A stretch of 64,000 nt of DNA from Bacteroidota bacterium (GTDB lineage Bacteria > Bacteroidota > Bacteroidia > Flavobacteriales > Flavobacteriaceae): contig JAYYYF010000022.1 in assembly GCA_036340635.1 (NCBI GenBank), forward strand, positions 13,134 through 77,133. Reading direction: 5' to 3'. Every line of letters starts with the position of its first letter. The first letter of the stretch is position 1. Position numbers and translations under genes: made by a program. The notes under the pieces were generated by a model. That model saw only the letters and a list, made by a program, of their open reading frames with translations. It was not told the DNA's origin and did no database searches. Below, piece after piece: positions 1 to 8,943 of this stretch.

Positions 1-290
1 ATTTGTCAATAAAAGTAGTTGGATTGCCATCGATAGCTTCTTATTCTTTCAACAGTAAAAATAAACTGAAATACAAGACATTGATCACGCAAGAAATGCT
101 TAAAAAAGGGTTTTTAGCAAGTACAACTTTTTATGCTTCTATTGCACATGATACTAAAGTAATTGACAAGTATTTTGATAATCTAGATCACATATATTCT
201 TTGATTAGCAAATGTGAGAATGAAGAGCTTAATATTGATAGTTTACTGGATTCCTCAGTTTGTCATGATGGATTTAAAAGATTAAACTAA
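1..290 (+). CDS. Class III (glutamate-1-semialdehyde aminomutase-like) aminotransferase, C-terminal fragment; the 5' end lies outside the window
   Basis: The frame is open to the window edge. The C-terminal sequence ..KKGFLASTTFYASIAHD..VCHDGFKRLN resembles GSA-like aminotransferases found in polysaccharide loci. The stop overlaps the next ATG (TAATG). Confidence 0.55.
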   Translation, partial: LSIKVVGLPSIASYSFNSKNKLKYKTLITQEMLKKGFLASTTFYASIAHDTKVIDKYFDNLDHIYSLISKCENEELNIDSLLDSSVCHDGFKRLN

Positions 291-1183
291 TGAGGATTTT
301 AATAACAGGTGCTTCAGGAATGTTGGGTTCAGCTTTGGCTTCTGAACTCTCAAAAAAACATCAAGTTTTTGCCACAGGGAGAAGTGATTTTGTTACTCAT
401 CTTAAATATAAGTCTTTTGATTTATCTAACAGTAATTATAAACCTTTGGTTGAATGGTCAAATCCTCAATTAATTATTCACTGTGCAGCAATAACTGACG
501 CCGAATTCTGTGAAGCAAATTCATTGGAAGCAATCAAAATTAATGCACTTTCTGTCGAAAAACTAATTCAATGTGTAAGTGAAAAAGTTAAAATAATTTA
601 TATTTCATCGGATGCTGTATTTAATTTAATTAATAATAAATCAAAAGAAAAAGATTATACAAATCCAAATAATGTTTATGGAAAAACAAAGGAAATAGGT
701 GAATTTTTCATACTGAATTCTAGTAGAAGTAATGTAATTATAGTAAGGACTACAATTGTAGGAATTAACTTTTACAGGAAAGGGAATAGCCTTGTTGAAT
801 GGATTATTAACTCAGTCAATTCCAAAAGAAAAATTACGCTATTTAATGATGTCATATTTAATCCAATATCAATTTGGGATTTGATTAAAGAATTAGATTT
901 CTTGATTAATTGTGAAACAATTGATTTTAAAATATTGCATGTTTCAGGAAATCAAAATTGTTCTAAATATTTTTTTGGGGTTGAGTTGTTAAAAGCATTA
1001 AAACTAAATTTAGATTATATTCAAAAAGGATCCATAAAGGATAACATAAAAATAGCCAACAAAAGAAGAGATCAATCCATAGATTGTTCATTGTATCAAA
1101 AGAAATTTAATCGTAAATTACCAAGTATAAAAGATGCAATTGATTCTATTAAAAAAAACTTTAGAAATGAGAAAAGATATTAA
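290..1183 (+). CDS. Extended SDR, RmlD-like (dTDP-4-dehydrorhamnose reductase family) NAD(P)-dependent sugar reductase/epimerase
   Basis: N-terminal Rossmann motif ILITGASGMLGS, catalytic YGKTK (YxxxK), about 297 aa. Confidence 0.75.
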   Translation: MRILITGASGMLGSALASELSKKHQVFATGRSDFVTHLKYKSFDLSNSNYKPLVEWSNPQLIIHCAAITDAEFCEANSLEAIKINALSVEKLIQCVSEKVKIIYISSDAVFNLINNKSKEKDYTNPNNVYGKTKEIGEFFILNSSRSNVIIVRTTIVGINFYRKGNSLVEWIINSVNSKRKITLFNDVIFNPISIWDLIKELDFLINCETIDFKILHVSGNQNCSKYFFGVELLKALKLNLDYIQKGSIKDNIKIANKRRDQSIDCSLYQKKFNRKLPSIKDAIDSIKKNFRNEKRY

Positions 1184-2240
1184 AATAGGGAGTCGTTTTA
1201 TTGGAGATAAATACCCTACATATTTTATTGCTGACATAGCAGCCAATCATGATGGGAATATTGAAAGAGCTAAAAAACTTATAAAACTCGCTAAAGAATC
1301 TGGAGCGGATGCTGTTAAATTTCAACATCATGATGTTACAAAGTATGTAAGCGATTATGGGTTTAAAAATTTGGGTTCGAAATTTAGCCATCAGGCAGCA
1401 TGGAAAAAATCAATTTTTGAGGTTTACAAAGATGCAGAAGTGCCTAGATCTTGGACGATTGAATTGAAAGATTATTGTGAGAAGATTGACATTACTTTTT
1501 TTACGACACCTTATGATTTGGATACTGTTGATTATATTAATGAATTTGTTCCTGCATTTAAAATAGGATCTGGAGATATTGCCTGGGGAGCTATGCTTAC
1601 CAAAGTTGCAAAAACAAAAAAACCAGTATTATTTGCTACAGGAGCATCTACTATGCAGGAAGTTATAGATGCTATAAAAACTTTAAAATCAATAAATGAA
1701 AACATAATTTTGATGCAGTGTAACACAAATTATACGGGTAAAGAGGAGAACTTTAAGCACATAAATTTAAATGTTTTAAAAACATATGAAACTTTATTTC
1801 CAGATACAATTTTGGGTCTAAGTGATCACACTCATGGAGGCGTGACAGTTTTAGGTGCAGTGGCTTTGGGTGCAAAAGTTATTGAAAAGCATTTTACTGA
1901 TGATACTACAAGAGATGGCCCTGACCACCCCTTTTCTATGGATCCAAAAAGTTGGAAAAAAATGGTTGATGATACAAGGTTACTAGAACAAGCAATGGGA
2001 TCCAGTATGAAAAAAGTTGAAGAAAATGAAGCAGAAACTGTTGTTTTGCAGAGAAGGGCTATTAGAGTAATTAAAAAAAAATCCTCGGGAGATATTTTAA
2101 ATATAAAAGATGTACAATTTCAAAGGCCTTGTCCTGAGGGAGCTATTTCGATCAATGATATACATCACATAATAGGTAAGAAATTAAAGAAAGATGTTAA
2201 AAAGGGGGATTGTATTAGAAAAGAACATATACTATGGTAG
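1167..2240 (+). CDS. NeuB-family nonulosonic (sialic/pseudaminic/legionaminic) acid synthase with C-terminal SAF-like domain
   Basis: Motifs YFIADIAANHDGNIERAKKLI..SGADAVKFQ and LGLSDHT, plus a C-terminal extension typical of NeuB/PseI/LegI. Start set at ATG 1167 (MRKDIKIG); the longest ORF starts at ATG 1134. Confidence 0.85.
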   Translation: MRKDIKIGSRFIGDKYPTYFIADIAANHDGNIERAKKLIKLAKESGADAVKFQHHDVTKYVSDYGFKNLGSKFSHQAAWKKSIFEVYKDAEVPRSWTIELKDYCEKIDITFFTTPYDLDTVDYINEFVPAFKIGSGDIAWGAMLTKVAKTKKPVLFATGASTMQEVIDAIKTLKSINENIILMQCNTNYTGKEENFKHINLNVLKTYETLFPDTILGLSDHTHGGVTVLGAVALGAKVIEKHFTDDTTRDGPDHPFSMDPKSWKKMVDDTRLLEQAMGSSMKKVEENEAETVVLQRRAIRVIKKKSSGDILNIKDVQFQRPCPEGAISINDIHHIIGKKLKKDVKKGDCIRKEHILW

Positions 2241-2764
2241 TTTTAAATGATCTTGGAATAAGAGCCATTGAACTTGATGATTTGCCTATCATTCAAAAAT
2301 GGAGGAATGATGATAATTTGAGGAGGTTTTTTCGAGAATACAGGGAGTTTTCCTTAACTCAAAAGAAAGATTGGTATTTCAAGATGGTTAATGACAATAG
2401 ATTTGAAATGTTTGTCATTGTTGATATGAAAATAGATGAGGTAATAGGTGTAACAGGGATTACTTATATAGATTGGCCTAATAAACACGGTGATATTCAT
2501 TTTTATATAGGGAAAAACTCAAAATGGATTGACAAAAAATACTCTCCAACAGCTATAAAACTAATCCTAAACTATGGCTTTAAAACATTAAACATGAACA
2601 AATTATGGGTTGAAATTTATGAAATTGACAAAAAAAAGCTAGCTTTTTTTAAATCCCTTGGATTTAAAATTGACGCTACTTTAAGGGAACATTATTTTTA
2701 TAATGGAAAATATTATAATTCTCATATTTTGTCCTTATTAAGAAAAGATGCAAACTATGAATAA
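2234..2764 (+). CDS. GNAT-family N-acetyltransferase (RimL/PseH-like)
   Basis: 176 aa. Shows the IRAIELDDLPIIQKWRND.. pattern and a C-terminal GF...REHY.. segment typical of RimJ/RimL-type GNATs. Overlaps the neuB-like stop. Confidence 0.7.
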   Translation: MVVLNDLGIRAIELDDLPIIQKWRNDDNLRRFFREYREFSLTQKKDWYFKMVNDNRFEMFVIVDMKIDEVIGVTGITYIDWPNKHGDIHFYIGKNSKWIDKKYSPTAIKLILNYGFKTLNMNKLWVEIYEIDKKKLAFFKSLGFKIDATLREHYFYNGKYYNSHILSLLRKDANYE

Positions 2765-3434
2765 AATTTTAATTATCTCCGCTCATCCTGATGATGATAT
2801 CATTGGTTGTGGAGGTATTATCTCAAAGTACTCAAAAGAAAATATTTTTAGAGTAATATTTATTGCCGAAGGTTCTAGTTGTAGATATACTGATATTGAT
2901 AATGAAGTGGTAATTAATGAAATAAATAAAAGAAATGAGTGTGGCTTAAACGCACTAAAACTCCTTGGTGTTAGCGATGTTAAATTTTACAATTTAAAAT
3001 GTGGTAGATTGGATCAGGTTCCAATCATAAATATTAATAAAATTATTGAAAATGAAATAATTGAATTTGGTCCGAATATAGTTTTTACTCATTCGGATAA
3101 GGATGCGAATAATGATCATTCAATTGTCCATAAATCAACTCTTATGGCTACCAGACCTGGTAGCAGCTATTTTGTTTCAAAACTATATTCTTACGAAGTT
3201 TTGTCTTCAAGTGAGTGGAGATTTAACAAAACTTTCAAACCAAATTTTTTTGAATCTATAAGTAAAAATGATTTGCAAAAAAAATGGGATGCATTGAAAG
3301 AATACAAATCTGAAATTAAACCTTTCCCATATCCTAGGTCTTTTGAGGGTCTTGAATCTTTGGCAAGATATAGGGGTATGCAAAGTAATAATGAATATGC
3401 TGAAGCTTTTGAATTAATTAGAGAAATAAATTAA
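2757..3434 (+). CDS. PIG-L/LmbE-family N-acetyl-sugar deacetylase
   Basis: N-terminal ILIISAHPDDDIIGCGG (AHPDD metal-binding signature) and a later HSD.D.NNDH motif. Start at ATG 2757; an alternative ATG is at 2748. Confidence 0.8.
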   Translation: MNKILIISAHPDDDIIGCGGIISKYSKENIFRVIFIAEGSSCRYTDIDNEVVINEINKRNECGLNALKLLGVSDVKFYNLKCGRLDQVPIININKIIENEIIEFGPNIVFTHSDKDANNDHSIVHKSTLMATRPGSSYFVSKLYSYEVLSSSEWRFNKTFKPNFFESISKNDLQKKWDALKEYKSEIKPFPYPRSFEGLESLARYRGMQSNNEYAEAFELIREIN

Positions 3435-3440
3435 TGAACA

Positions 3441-4094
3441 ATGAGAATAGCATGTGTTACCTATAGATCCTGGGCAATAGAAATTTATGATAGACTGGAA
3501 AAAGAATTTTATAAAAAAAATGAGTTTTTAATTTTTAGAACAAAAGAAGAATTTGATTCTGAAAAATTAAAATCTTTTAATCCAAATATTATTTTATGGT
3601 ATGGTTGGAGTTGGATGGTTAAAGATTTTTTTATTGATAATTACACTTGTATAATGCTTCATCCAAGTCCTTTGCCTAAATATAGGGGAGGTTCTCCACT
3701 TCAAAATCAAATTATTAACAATGAAAAAGAATCTTGTGTAACTATTTTTAGAATGACAAAAAAAATAGATGATGGAGACATATATAAACAGATTCCATTT
3801 TCACTAGAAGGCTCATTGGAAGAAATTTTTTCAAGAATTACTGAAATAGGCTTTTTTGCAACACTTGATATTATTAATGGGAAATATAATTTAACACCTC
3901 AAAAACATGAAGAAGCAACTTTATTTAAAAGAAGAGAGCCTAAGGATTCGGAGATAACATTAAATGAAATTAAAAAAAAACCAGCACTCTTTTTACATAA
4001 CAAAATAAGAATGTTAAATGATCCTTATCCAAACGCATATATTTTAACTTCTGATAACAAAAAATTATATATTTTAAAATCTAGATTGGACTGA
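3441..4094 (+). CDS. Formyltransferase-like protein (Fmt/ArnA N-terminal-domain fold only)
   Basis: MLHPSPLPKYRGGSPLQNQI matches the HxSLLPxxRG core and IDDGDI matches the catalytic Asp region. The canonical Asn two residues before the His is Met here. No C-terminal Fmt domain is present. Confidence 0.65.
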   Translation: MRIACVTYRSWAIEIYDRLEKEFYKKNEFLIFRTKEEFDSEKLKSFNPNIILWYGWSWMVKDFFIDNYTCIMLHPSPLPKYRGGSPLQNQIINNEKESCVTIFRMTKKIDDGDIYKQIPFSLEGSLEEIFSRITEIGFFATLDIINGKYNLTPQKHEEATLFKRREPKDSEITLNEIKKKPALFLHNKIRMLNDPYPNAYILTSDNKKLYILKSRLD

Positions 4095-4135
4095 AAAAAA
4101 ACAAAAAAAATATTATAGCAACTATTGAAGCTAGA

Positions 4136-4873
4136 ATGACAAGTTCTAGACTTCCAGGGAAAGTTTTATTGAAAGCCCTAAAAGGAATGAGTATGCTAGA
4201 GTTTATGATAAACAGAGTTAAAAGAGCTAAATTAATTGATGAAATTGTAATAGCGACAACCATAAATGAAACAGATGAACCGATAGTTAATTTATGTGAC
4301 AAATTGAACGTAAAATATTATAGGGGATCTGAAAAAGATGTGCTTTTACGTGTTTTAAATGCTCACAAGAAATTCAAATCTGATGTTATTGTAGAATTAA
4401 CAGGAGATTGTCCATTAATTGATCCAAACATAGTTGATGAAATCATTTTATTTTACATTGAAAATAATTATGATTATGTTTCTAATTCCCATTTGAGAAG
4501 TTATCCTGATGGATTTGATGTGCAGGTTTTTTCCACAAAATTATTGTCTCAGGTTTCTAGTTTGACAAAGAACAAATATGACAGAGAAAATGTTAGCTCA
4601 TATATATATAGGACTAACAAGTACAATATATATGGGATTGTTGCACCAAAGGAATTATTTTGGCCTAATTTGAGAGTAACTCTTGATGACAAAGGGGATT
4701 ATCTTTTGATTAAAAAAATCATAAAAAAATTACATAGAGAATTTGGGTTTTCTTTTCGTGCACTTGATGTTATAAATTACTTAAGAAAGAATTTACATCT
4801 TTTAGATTTAATAAAAGATTCAAGAACAAGCAATGCCCCATATCAACTTATAGCAAATGGACCAAGAGATTAA
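4136..4873 (+). CDS. SpsF-type cytidylyltransferase (CMP-sugar / acylneuraminate cytidylyltransferase family)
   Basis: ARMTSSRLPGKVL signature and DCPLIDP motif. The frame stays open upstream to 4085 and encodes KKNIIATIEAR, the expected first beta-strand, so the true start may be a non-ATG codon upstream. Confidence 0.75.
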   Translation: MTSSRLPGKVLLKALKGMSMLEFMINRVKRAKLIDEIVIATTINETDEPIVNLCDKLNVKYYRGSEKDVLLRVLNAHKKFKSDVIVELTGDCPLIDPNIVDEIILFYIENNYDYVSNSHLRSYPDGFDVQVFSTKLLSQVSSLTKNKYDRENVSSYIYRTNKYNIYGIVAPKELFWPNLRVTLDDKGDYLLIKKIIKKLHREFGFSFRALDVINYLRKNLHLLDLIKDSRTSNAPYQLIANGPRD

Positions 4874-5858
4874 TCAATTTTCTGTAACTATAATTGGATT
4901 AGGAAATATTGGAATGTTATATGATTACAAGAATGATTCTGACGTATTTCTAACTCATACAAAGTCTGCTTTTTATCATAAAAATTTTAAAATCAAGTAT
5001 TTGATAGATATAGATCCGGAAAAATTAAAATTAGCAAAAAAAAAATATGGGATAGGGATAAAATATTTGAGCTCAATAGATTCAAATTATACGCCTACTG
5101 ATTTAATAGTTTTGTCGGCCGATCCTGAAGCTAATGTTTACCATTTAAATAAATTAAAATCTATTGAGAAAGTTAAATTATTTTTAATTGAAAAGCCTTT
5201 TTTAAATAGAAATGTGAATATTTCGGATTTCAAAAAAATACTAAATAAGACCTATATAAATTATTACAGAAAAAGTCTTCCGTTTTTTAGGGAATTAAGG
5301 GGGAATATTCAAAATCATTTGTTTGGAGACTTAAGTAACATTAATATTAGATATTCAAAAGGGATTAAAAATAATGGGTCCCACCTGATTGATTTAGTAA
5401 ATTTTTTCTTTGATTCAAGTTATGACAAGAATTCTGTCAAAGTAATTAACTATATAAATGATTATTCATCTGATGACGAATCAATTACTTTTTCTGTTAA
5501 TTATAAATATAATGGCAAACATACAACAGTTATATTTAATGCATTAGATGAAAGAAAATTCAGTTTAATTGAAATGGATTTAATTTTTGAAAAAAGGAGA
5601 TTTAGAATATATGATTTTGGTGGTAAAATAGAAATATATGAGCCTCAAGAAGATATAGTTTTTAGTGGATATAAAAACTTAGGTTCTCTTAAAATAGAGG
5701 ATACAGATATAAATTCATACGGGCTACATACCTATGAATTAATTTCCCATATTTTAAATAAGAGAGAATATAATTACTCAACTTTAGATGATGAGTTTAG
5801 AATATATGATCTGACAGATCATATAATTAGAAAATTAGAAAAATTTAAAAGGGCATGA
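4857..5858 (+). CDS. Gfo/Idh/MocA-like NAD(P)-dependent oxidoreductase (divergent)
   Basis: N-terminal VTIIGLGNIGMLYD Rossmann-like motif and an EKP motif (LIEKPF), 333 aa. Overlaps the upstream stop. Confidence 0.5.
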   Translation: MDQEINQFSVTIIGLGNIGMLYDYKNDSDVFLTHTKSAFYHKNFKIKYLIDIDPEKLKLAKKKYGIGIKYLSSIDSNYTPTDLIVLSADPEANVYHLNKLKSIEKVKLFLIEKPFLNRNVNISDFKKILNKTYINYYRKSLPFFRELRGNIQNHLFGDLSNINIRYSKGIKNNGSHLIDLVNFFFDSSYDKNSVKVINYINDYSSDDESITFSVNYKYNGKHTTVIFNALDERKFSLIEMDLIFEKRRFRIYDFGGKIEIYEPQEDIVFSGYKNLGSLKIEDTDINSYGLHTYELISHILNKREYNYSTLDDEFRIYDLTDHIIRKLEKFKRA

Positions 5859-7135
5859 AAAATTCAAGACTTGCCTTATTTGGAGGCAATAAAACAATTA
5901 ATTGCAAATACAATAGCTATAATCCAATTGGTTTGGAAGAGGTCAATGCAGCTAAAAGAGTGGTCGAATCTGGCGTTTTGTCAAAATTTCTGGGTTGTTG
6001 GGAACCTGATTTTTTTGGGGGACCAAAAGTACAGGAATTTGAAAGAAAGTGTGAAGAATATTTTGGAGTAAAACATGCAGTTACAGTAAATTCATGGACA
6101 TCTGGATTGATAGCAGCAATTGGCGCTATAGGGATTGAACCTGGTGATGAAATTATTGTATCGCCATGGACTATGTGTGCAAGTGCAACAGCTATTCTTC
6201 ATTGGAATGCTATTCCTGTTTTTGCTGATATTGAAGAAGAAACTTTTAATTTAGATCCTATTTCTGTAGAAAAAAATATTTCTCCTCAGACCAAAGCAAT
6301 CCTTGCAATTGATATTTTTGGACATCCCTGTGATGCAGATGCTTTGAGAAAGATTGCCCACGAAAATGATTTAAAATTAATTACTGATACGGCACAAGCT
6401 CCGGGATCATTTTACAAAGGGAAATTAACAGGTACTTCTTCTGATGTAGGAGGTTATAGCCTAAATTATCATAAACATATTAATACTGGAGAGGGAGGTA
6501 TAATAGTTACAAATGATGAGAAAATTTTTGAAAGACTTCAACTAATAAGGAATCATGCAGAGGCAGTTGTCGAGGGGAAGGGAGTAAATGATATAACAAA
6601 TATGGTTGGGTATAATTTTAGGCTTGGAGAAATAGAATGCTCAATAGGAATAGAGCAATTAAAAAAAATATCAAAATTTGTTTCAGAAAGGCAGGATATA
6701 GCAAAGCAATTAAGTGCTGGACTTCAAAATCTAAGGGGCTTGAGAACACCTATTATCAAAGACAATTGCACTCATTCATTTTATATTTACCCCCTGATTT
6801 TAGATATAGAAAAAATTAAAGTTAGTAGAGAAAAAATTATCTCTGCTTTAAAGGCAGAAGGTGTAGAAGGGTTAATAGGAGGATATGCAAATATTCATTT
6901 ATTACCAATTTTTCAAAAAAAGATAGCTTATGGTTCTCAGGGCTTTCCATGGAGCTCTGAAATTTGTAAAAGAGAGGTTAGTTATGATAAAGGGATATGC
7001 CCGATAGCAGAGGATTTACATGACAATACTTTTTTGGGCTATGAAATGTGTTTGCATGATCTTTCTAATAAAGATGTCCAGTTAATTATTGAGGCATTTA
7101 CAAAAGTTTGGAATAATCTAGATGAACTTAGATAA
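5855..7135 (+). CDS. DegT/DnrJ/EryC1/StrS-family PLP-dependent sugar aminotransferase
   Basis: Motifs SWTSGL, DTAQAPG and SLNYHKHINTGEGG, with the Schiff-base Lys present. ATGA overlap with the upstream gene. Confidence 0.85.
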   Translation: MKNSRLALFGGNKTINCKYNSYNPIGLEEVNAAKRVVESGVLSKFLGCWEPDFFGGPKVQEFERKCEEYFGVKHAVTVNSWTSGLIAAIGAIGIEPGDEIIVSPWTMCASATAILHWNAIPVFADIEEETFNLDPISVEKNISPQTKAILAIDIFGHPCDADALRKIAHENDLKLITDTAQAPGSFYKGKLTGTSSDVGGYSLNYHKHINTGEGGIIVTNDEKIFERLQLIRNHAEAVVEGKGVNDITNMVGYNFRLGEIECSIGIEQLKKISKFVSERQDIAKQLSAGLQNLRGLRTPIIKDNCTHSFYIYPLILDIEKIKVSREKIISALKAEGVEGLIGGYANIHLLPIFQKKIAYGSQGFPWSSEICKREVSYDKGICPIAEDLHDNTFLGYEMCLHDLSNKDVQLIIEAFTKVWNNLDELR

Positions 7136-8153
7136 AAAAATCTTTGAAAGTAAAGCGATTTTTGTTTTTTCTGATCCAGCAGGAGCTAATGTTGTATTTT
7201 CTTTAATTGATAATTTGATAAGTGCTCAAAAAGTTTACAAAAAAGATTTTTTGATTTTTACTGACAAACATAATTCTTTTGAAGAAAAGTATAATTCGTT
7301 TGTTCAAAGAATTAATTTTTCAGAAAAAAAAGCGTACAATATTTTCAATTCTTTTAAGCCAAACTATATTTTTTGTGGAACATCAATTAATAATTTTGAA
7401 CACCAATGGCGCAAATTTTATTTGAATAAAATAAAAGTATATTCATTCATAGATCATTGGACCAATTATTACAAAAGATTTAGTTTTAATAATGAGGTTT
7501 GCTTTGGTGACGAAATTTGGGTTCTTGATGATTTAGCTAGAAAAGAAGCAATCAGCGAAGGAATTCCGGAGGGAATTATTAAAATAACGGGCAATCCATA
7601 TTATGAAAAAGTCAAATTATTTAGCCCGGATATTTCTAAAAGGGAGTTTTTTAACAAATTAAATTTGAATGAGAAAAAGAAAACAATACTTTTCATTTCT
7701 GATGACATAAAATTAAATTTTGGCAAAGACAATTATGGGAATTGTATCTTGGGATATGATGAATATTCTATTTTGGAAGAAATTTTATTTTGTTTTGAAA
7801 CCTTGAAAATAAAAGGAAAAATAAAATTTTCTGATTATCAGTTAGTAATTAAAATACATCCTCAAGCAGAAGTAAACAAATTCAATCACATTTTACATGA
7901 TATTATATCTGACAAAATTGAAACCAAAGTGATAAAATTTTGTGATTCTCTAATGTTAAATTATTTTTCAGATTATGTTGTTGGTATGTTTTCAAATATG
8001 GTGATTGAATCTTATCTGATGCAAAAGAAATTACTTAGGGTTCAGATAGGGCAAATTGGTCAAGATCTCATTAAAATGAGAATCCTTAAAAACAAAGTTA
8101 TTGTCAAAAGGCAAGATCTGTATAAAAAAATGAAAAATTTTTTATCCAAATAA
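7122..8153 (+). CDS. Hypothetical protein with a two-Rossmann (GT-B-like) layout; possible sugar or nonulosonate transferase
   Basis: 343 aa with no family recognised confidently. The N-terminal half has IFVFSDPAGAN; the C-terminal half has ILFISDD...KIHPQAE (an HP motif like those of GT-B sialyl/Kdo transferases). Embedded in the glycan operon. Confidence 0.45.
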   Translation: MNLDKKIFESKAIFVFSDPAGANVVFSLIDNLISAQKVYKKDFLIFTDKHNSFEEKYNSFVQRINFSEKKAYNIFNSFKPNYIFCGTSINNFEHQWRKFYLNKIKVYSFIDHWTNYYKRFSFNNEVCFGDEIWVLDDLARKEAISEGIPEGIIKITGNPYYEKVKLFSPDISKREFFNKLNLNEKKKTILFISDDIKLNFGKDNYGNCILGYDEYSILEEILFCFETLKIKGKIKFSDYQLVIKIHPQAEVNKFNHILHDIISDKIETKVIKFCDSLMLNYFSDYVVGMFSNMVIESYLMQKKLLRVQIGQIGQDLIKMRILKNKVIVKRQDLYKKMKNFLSK

Positions 8154-8157
8154 AGCA

Positions 8158-8943
8158 ATGATTAAAAACGCAATTCACAGAATTCTTAAATTTTTTTCAA
8201 AGAAACTTGTTTCAATGGAATCTAACATTCAAGAAGTAACGAGTTTTATTAAGAATTTAAAGCCAATTAAAGGCAATTTTGAATTAATGAGGATTGGTTC
8301 CAAGTTTGATGGAGGATATTTGATTCCTAATGATTTAGAAGGAATAAAAACATGTTTTTCTCCAGGCACCTCGGACAATTGTTCTTTTGAACTTGATCTA
8401 GCAAAAAACTATGATATCAAATCCTATATGTGTGATTGGTCTGTTGAAAATTCTCCTGTAAATCACAAGAATTTGATTTTCACAAAAAAATATTTAGGGG
8501 TTATAAACAATTCTAAATATCAAACAATGGAGACTTGGATTAAAAGTACTGTGCCGAACAATGATAGTATTTTGCAAATGGACATTGAGGGTTGGGAATA
8601 CAGTGTTATTTTAAGTACAAAAGAGGAAATATTATCAAATTTTAGAATATTGATAATAGAATTTCATGATTTAGATATGCTTTTTACTAAAATAGGTTTT
8701 AATACAATAAATTCTACATTTGAAAAATTGCTAGAAAACTTTATGATTGTTCATATTCATCCAAATAATTGTTGCGGTATATATGAATATAAGGGTATAG
8801 AAATTCCCAAGGTAATGGAATTTACTTTTTTAAATAAAAATAGAATAGGATCTTATAAAAAGGCTGTTGATTTCCCTCATGAATTAGATTCACCGAACAC
8901 GAAGCTTCCAAATATTGATTTGCCAAAAATCTGGTTTAAATGA
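8158..8943 (+). CDS. Putative FkbM/Methyltransf_21-like methyltransferase
   Basis: Motifs GSKFDGGYLIP and LQMDIEGWEYSVI (compare the DxEGxEyxVL motif of FkbM-type methyltransferases). Weak, motif-level call only. Confidence 0.4.
   Translation: MIKNAIHRILKFFSKKLVSMESNIQEVTSFIKNLKPIKGNFELMRIGSKFDGGYLIPNDLEGIKTCFSPGTSDNCSFELDLAKNYDIKSYMCDWSVENSPVNHKNLIFTKKYLGVINNSKYQTMETWIKSTVPNNDSILQMDIEGWEYSVILSTKEEILSNFRILIIEFHDLDMLFTKIGFNTINSTFEKLLENFMIVHIHPNNCCGIYEYKGIEIPKVMEFTFLNKNRIGSYKKAVDFPHELDSPNTKLPNIDLPKIWFK

Noticed and set aside
1374-1381. GGTTCGAA, a tRNA T-loop-like motif
   Set aside because: It lies within the neuB-like CDS, and no acceptor, D or anticodon stems can be drawn around it. No tRNA genes were found in the window.
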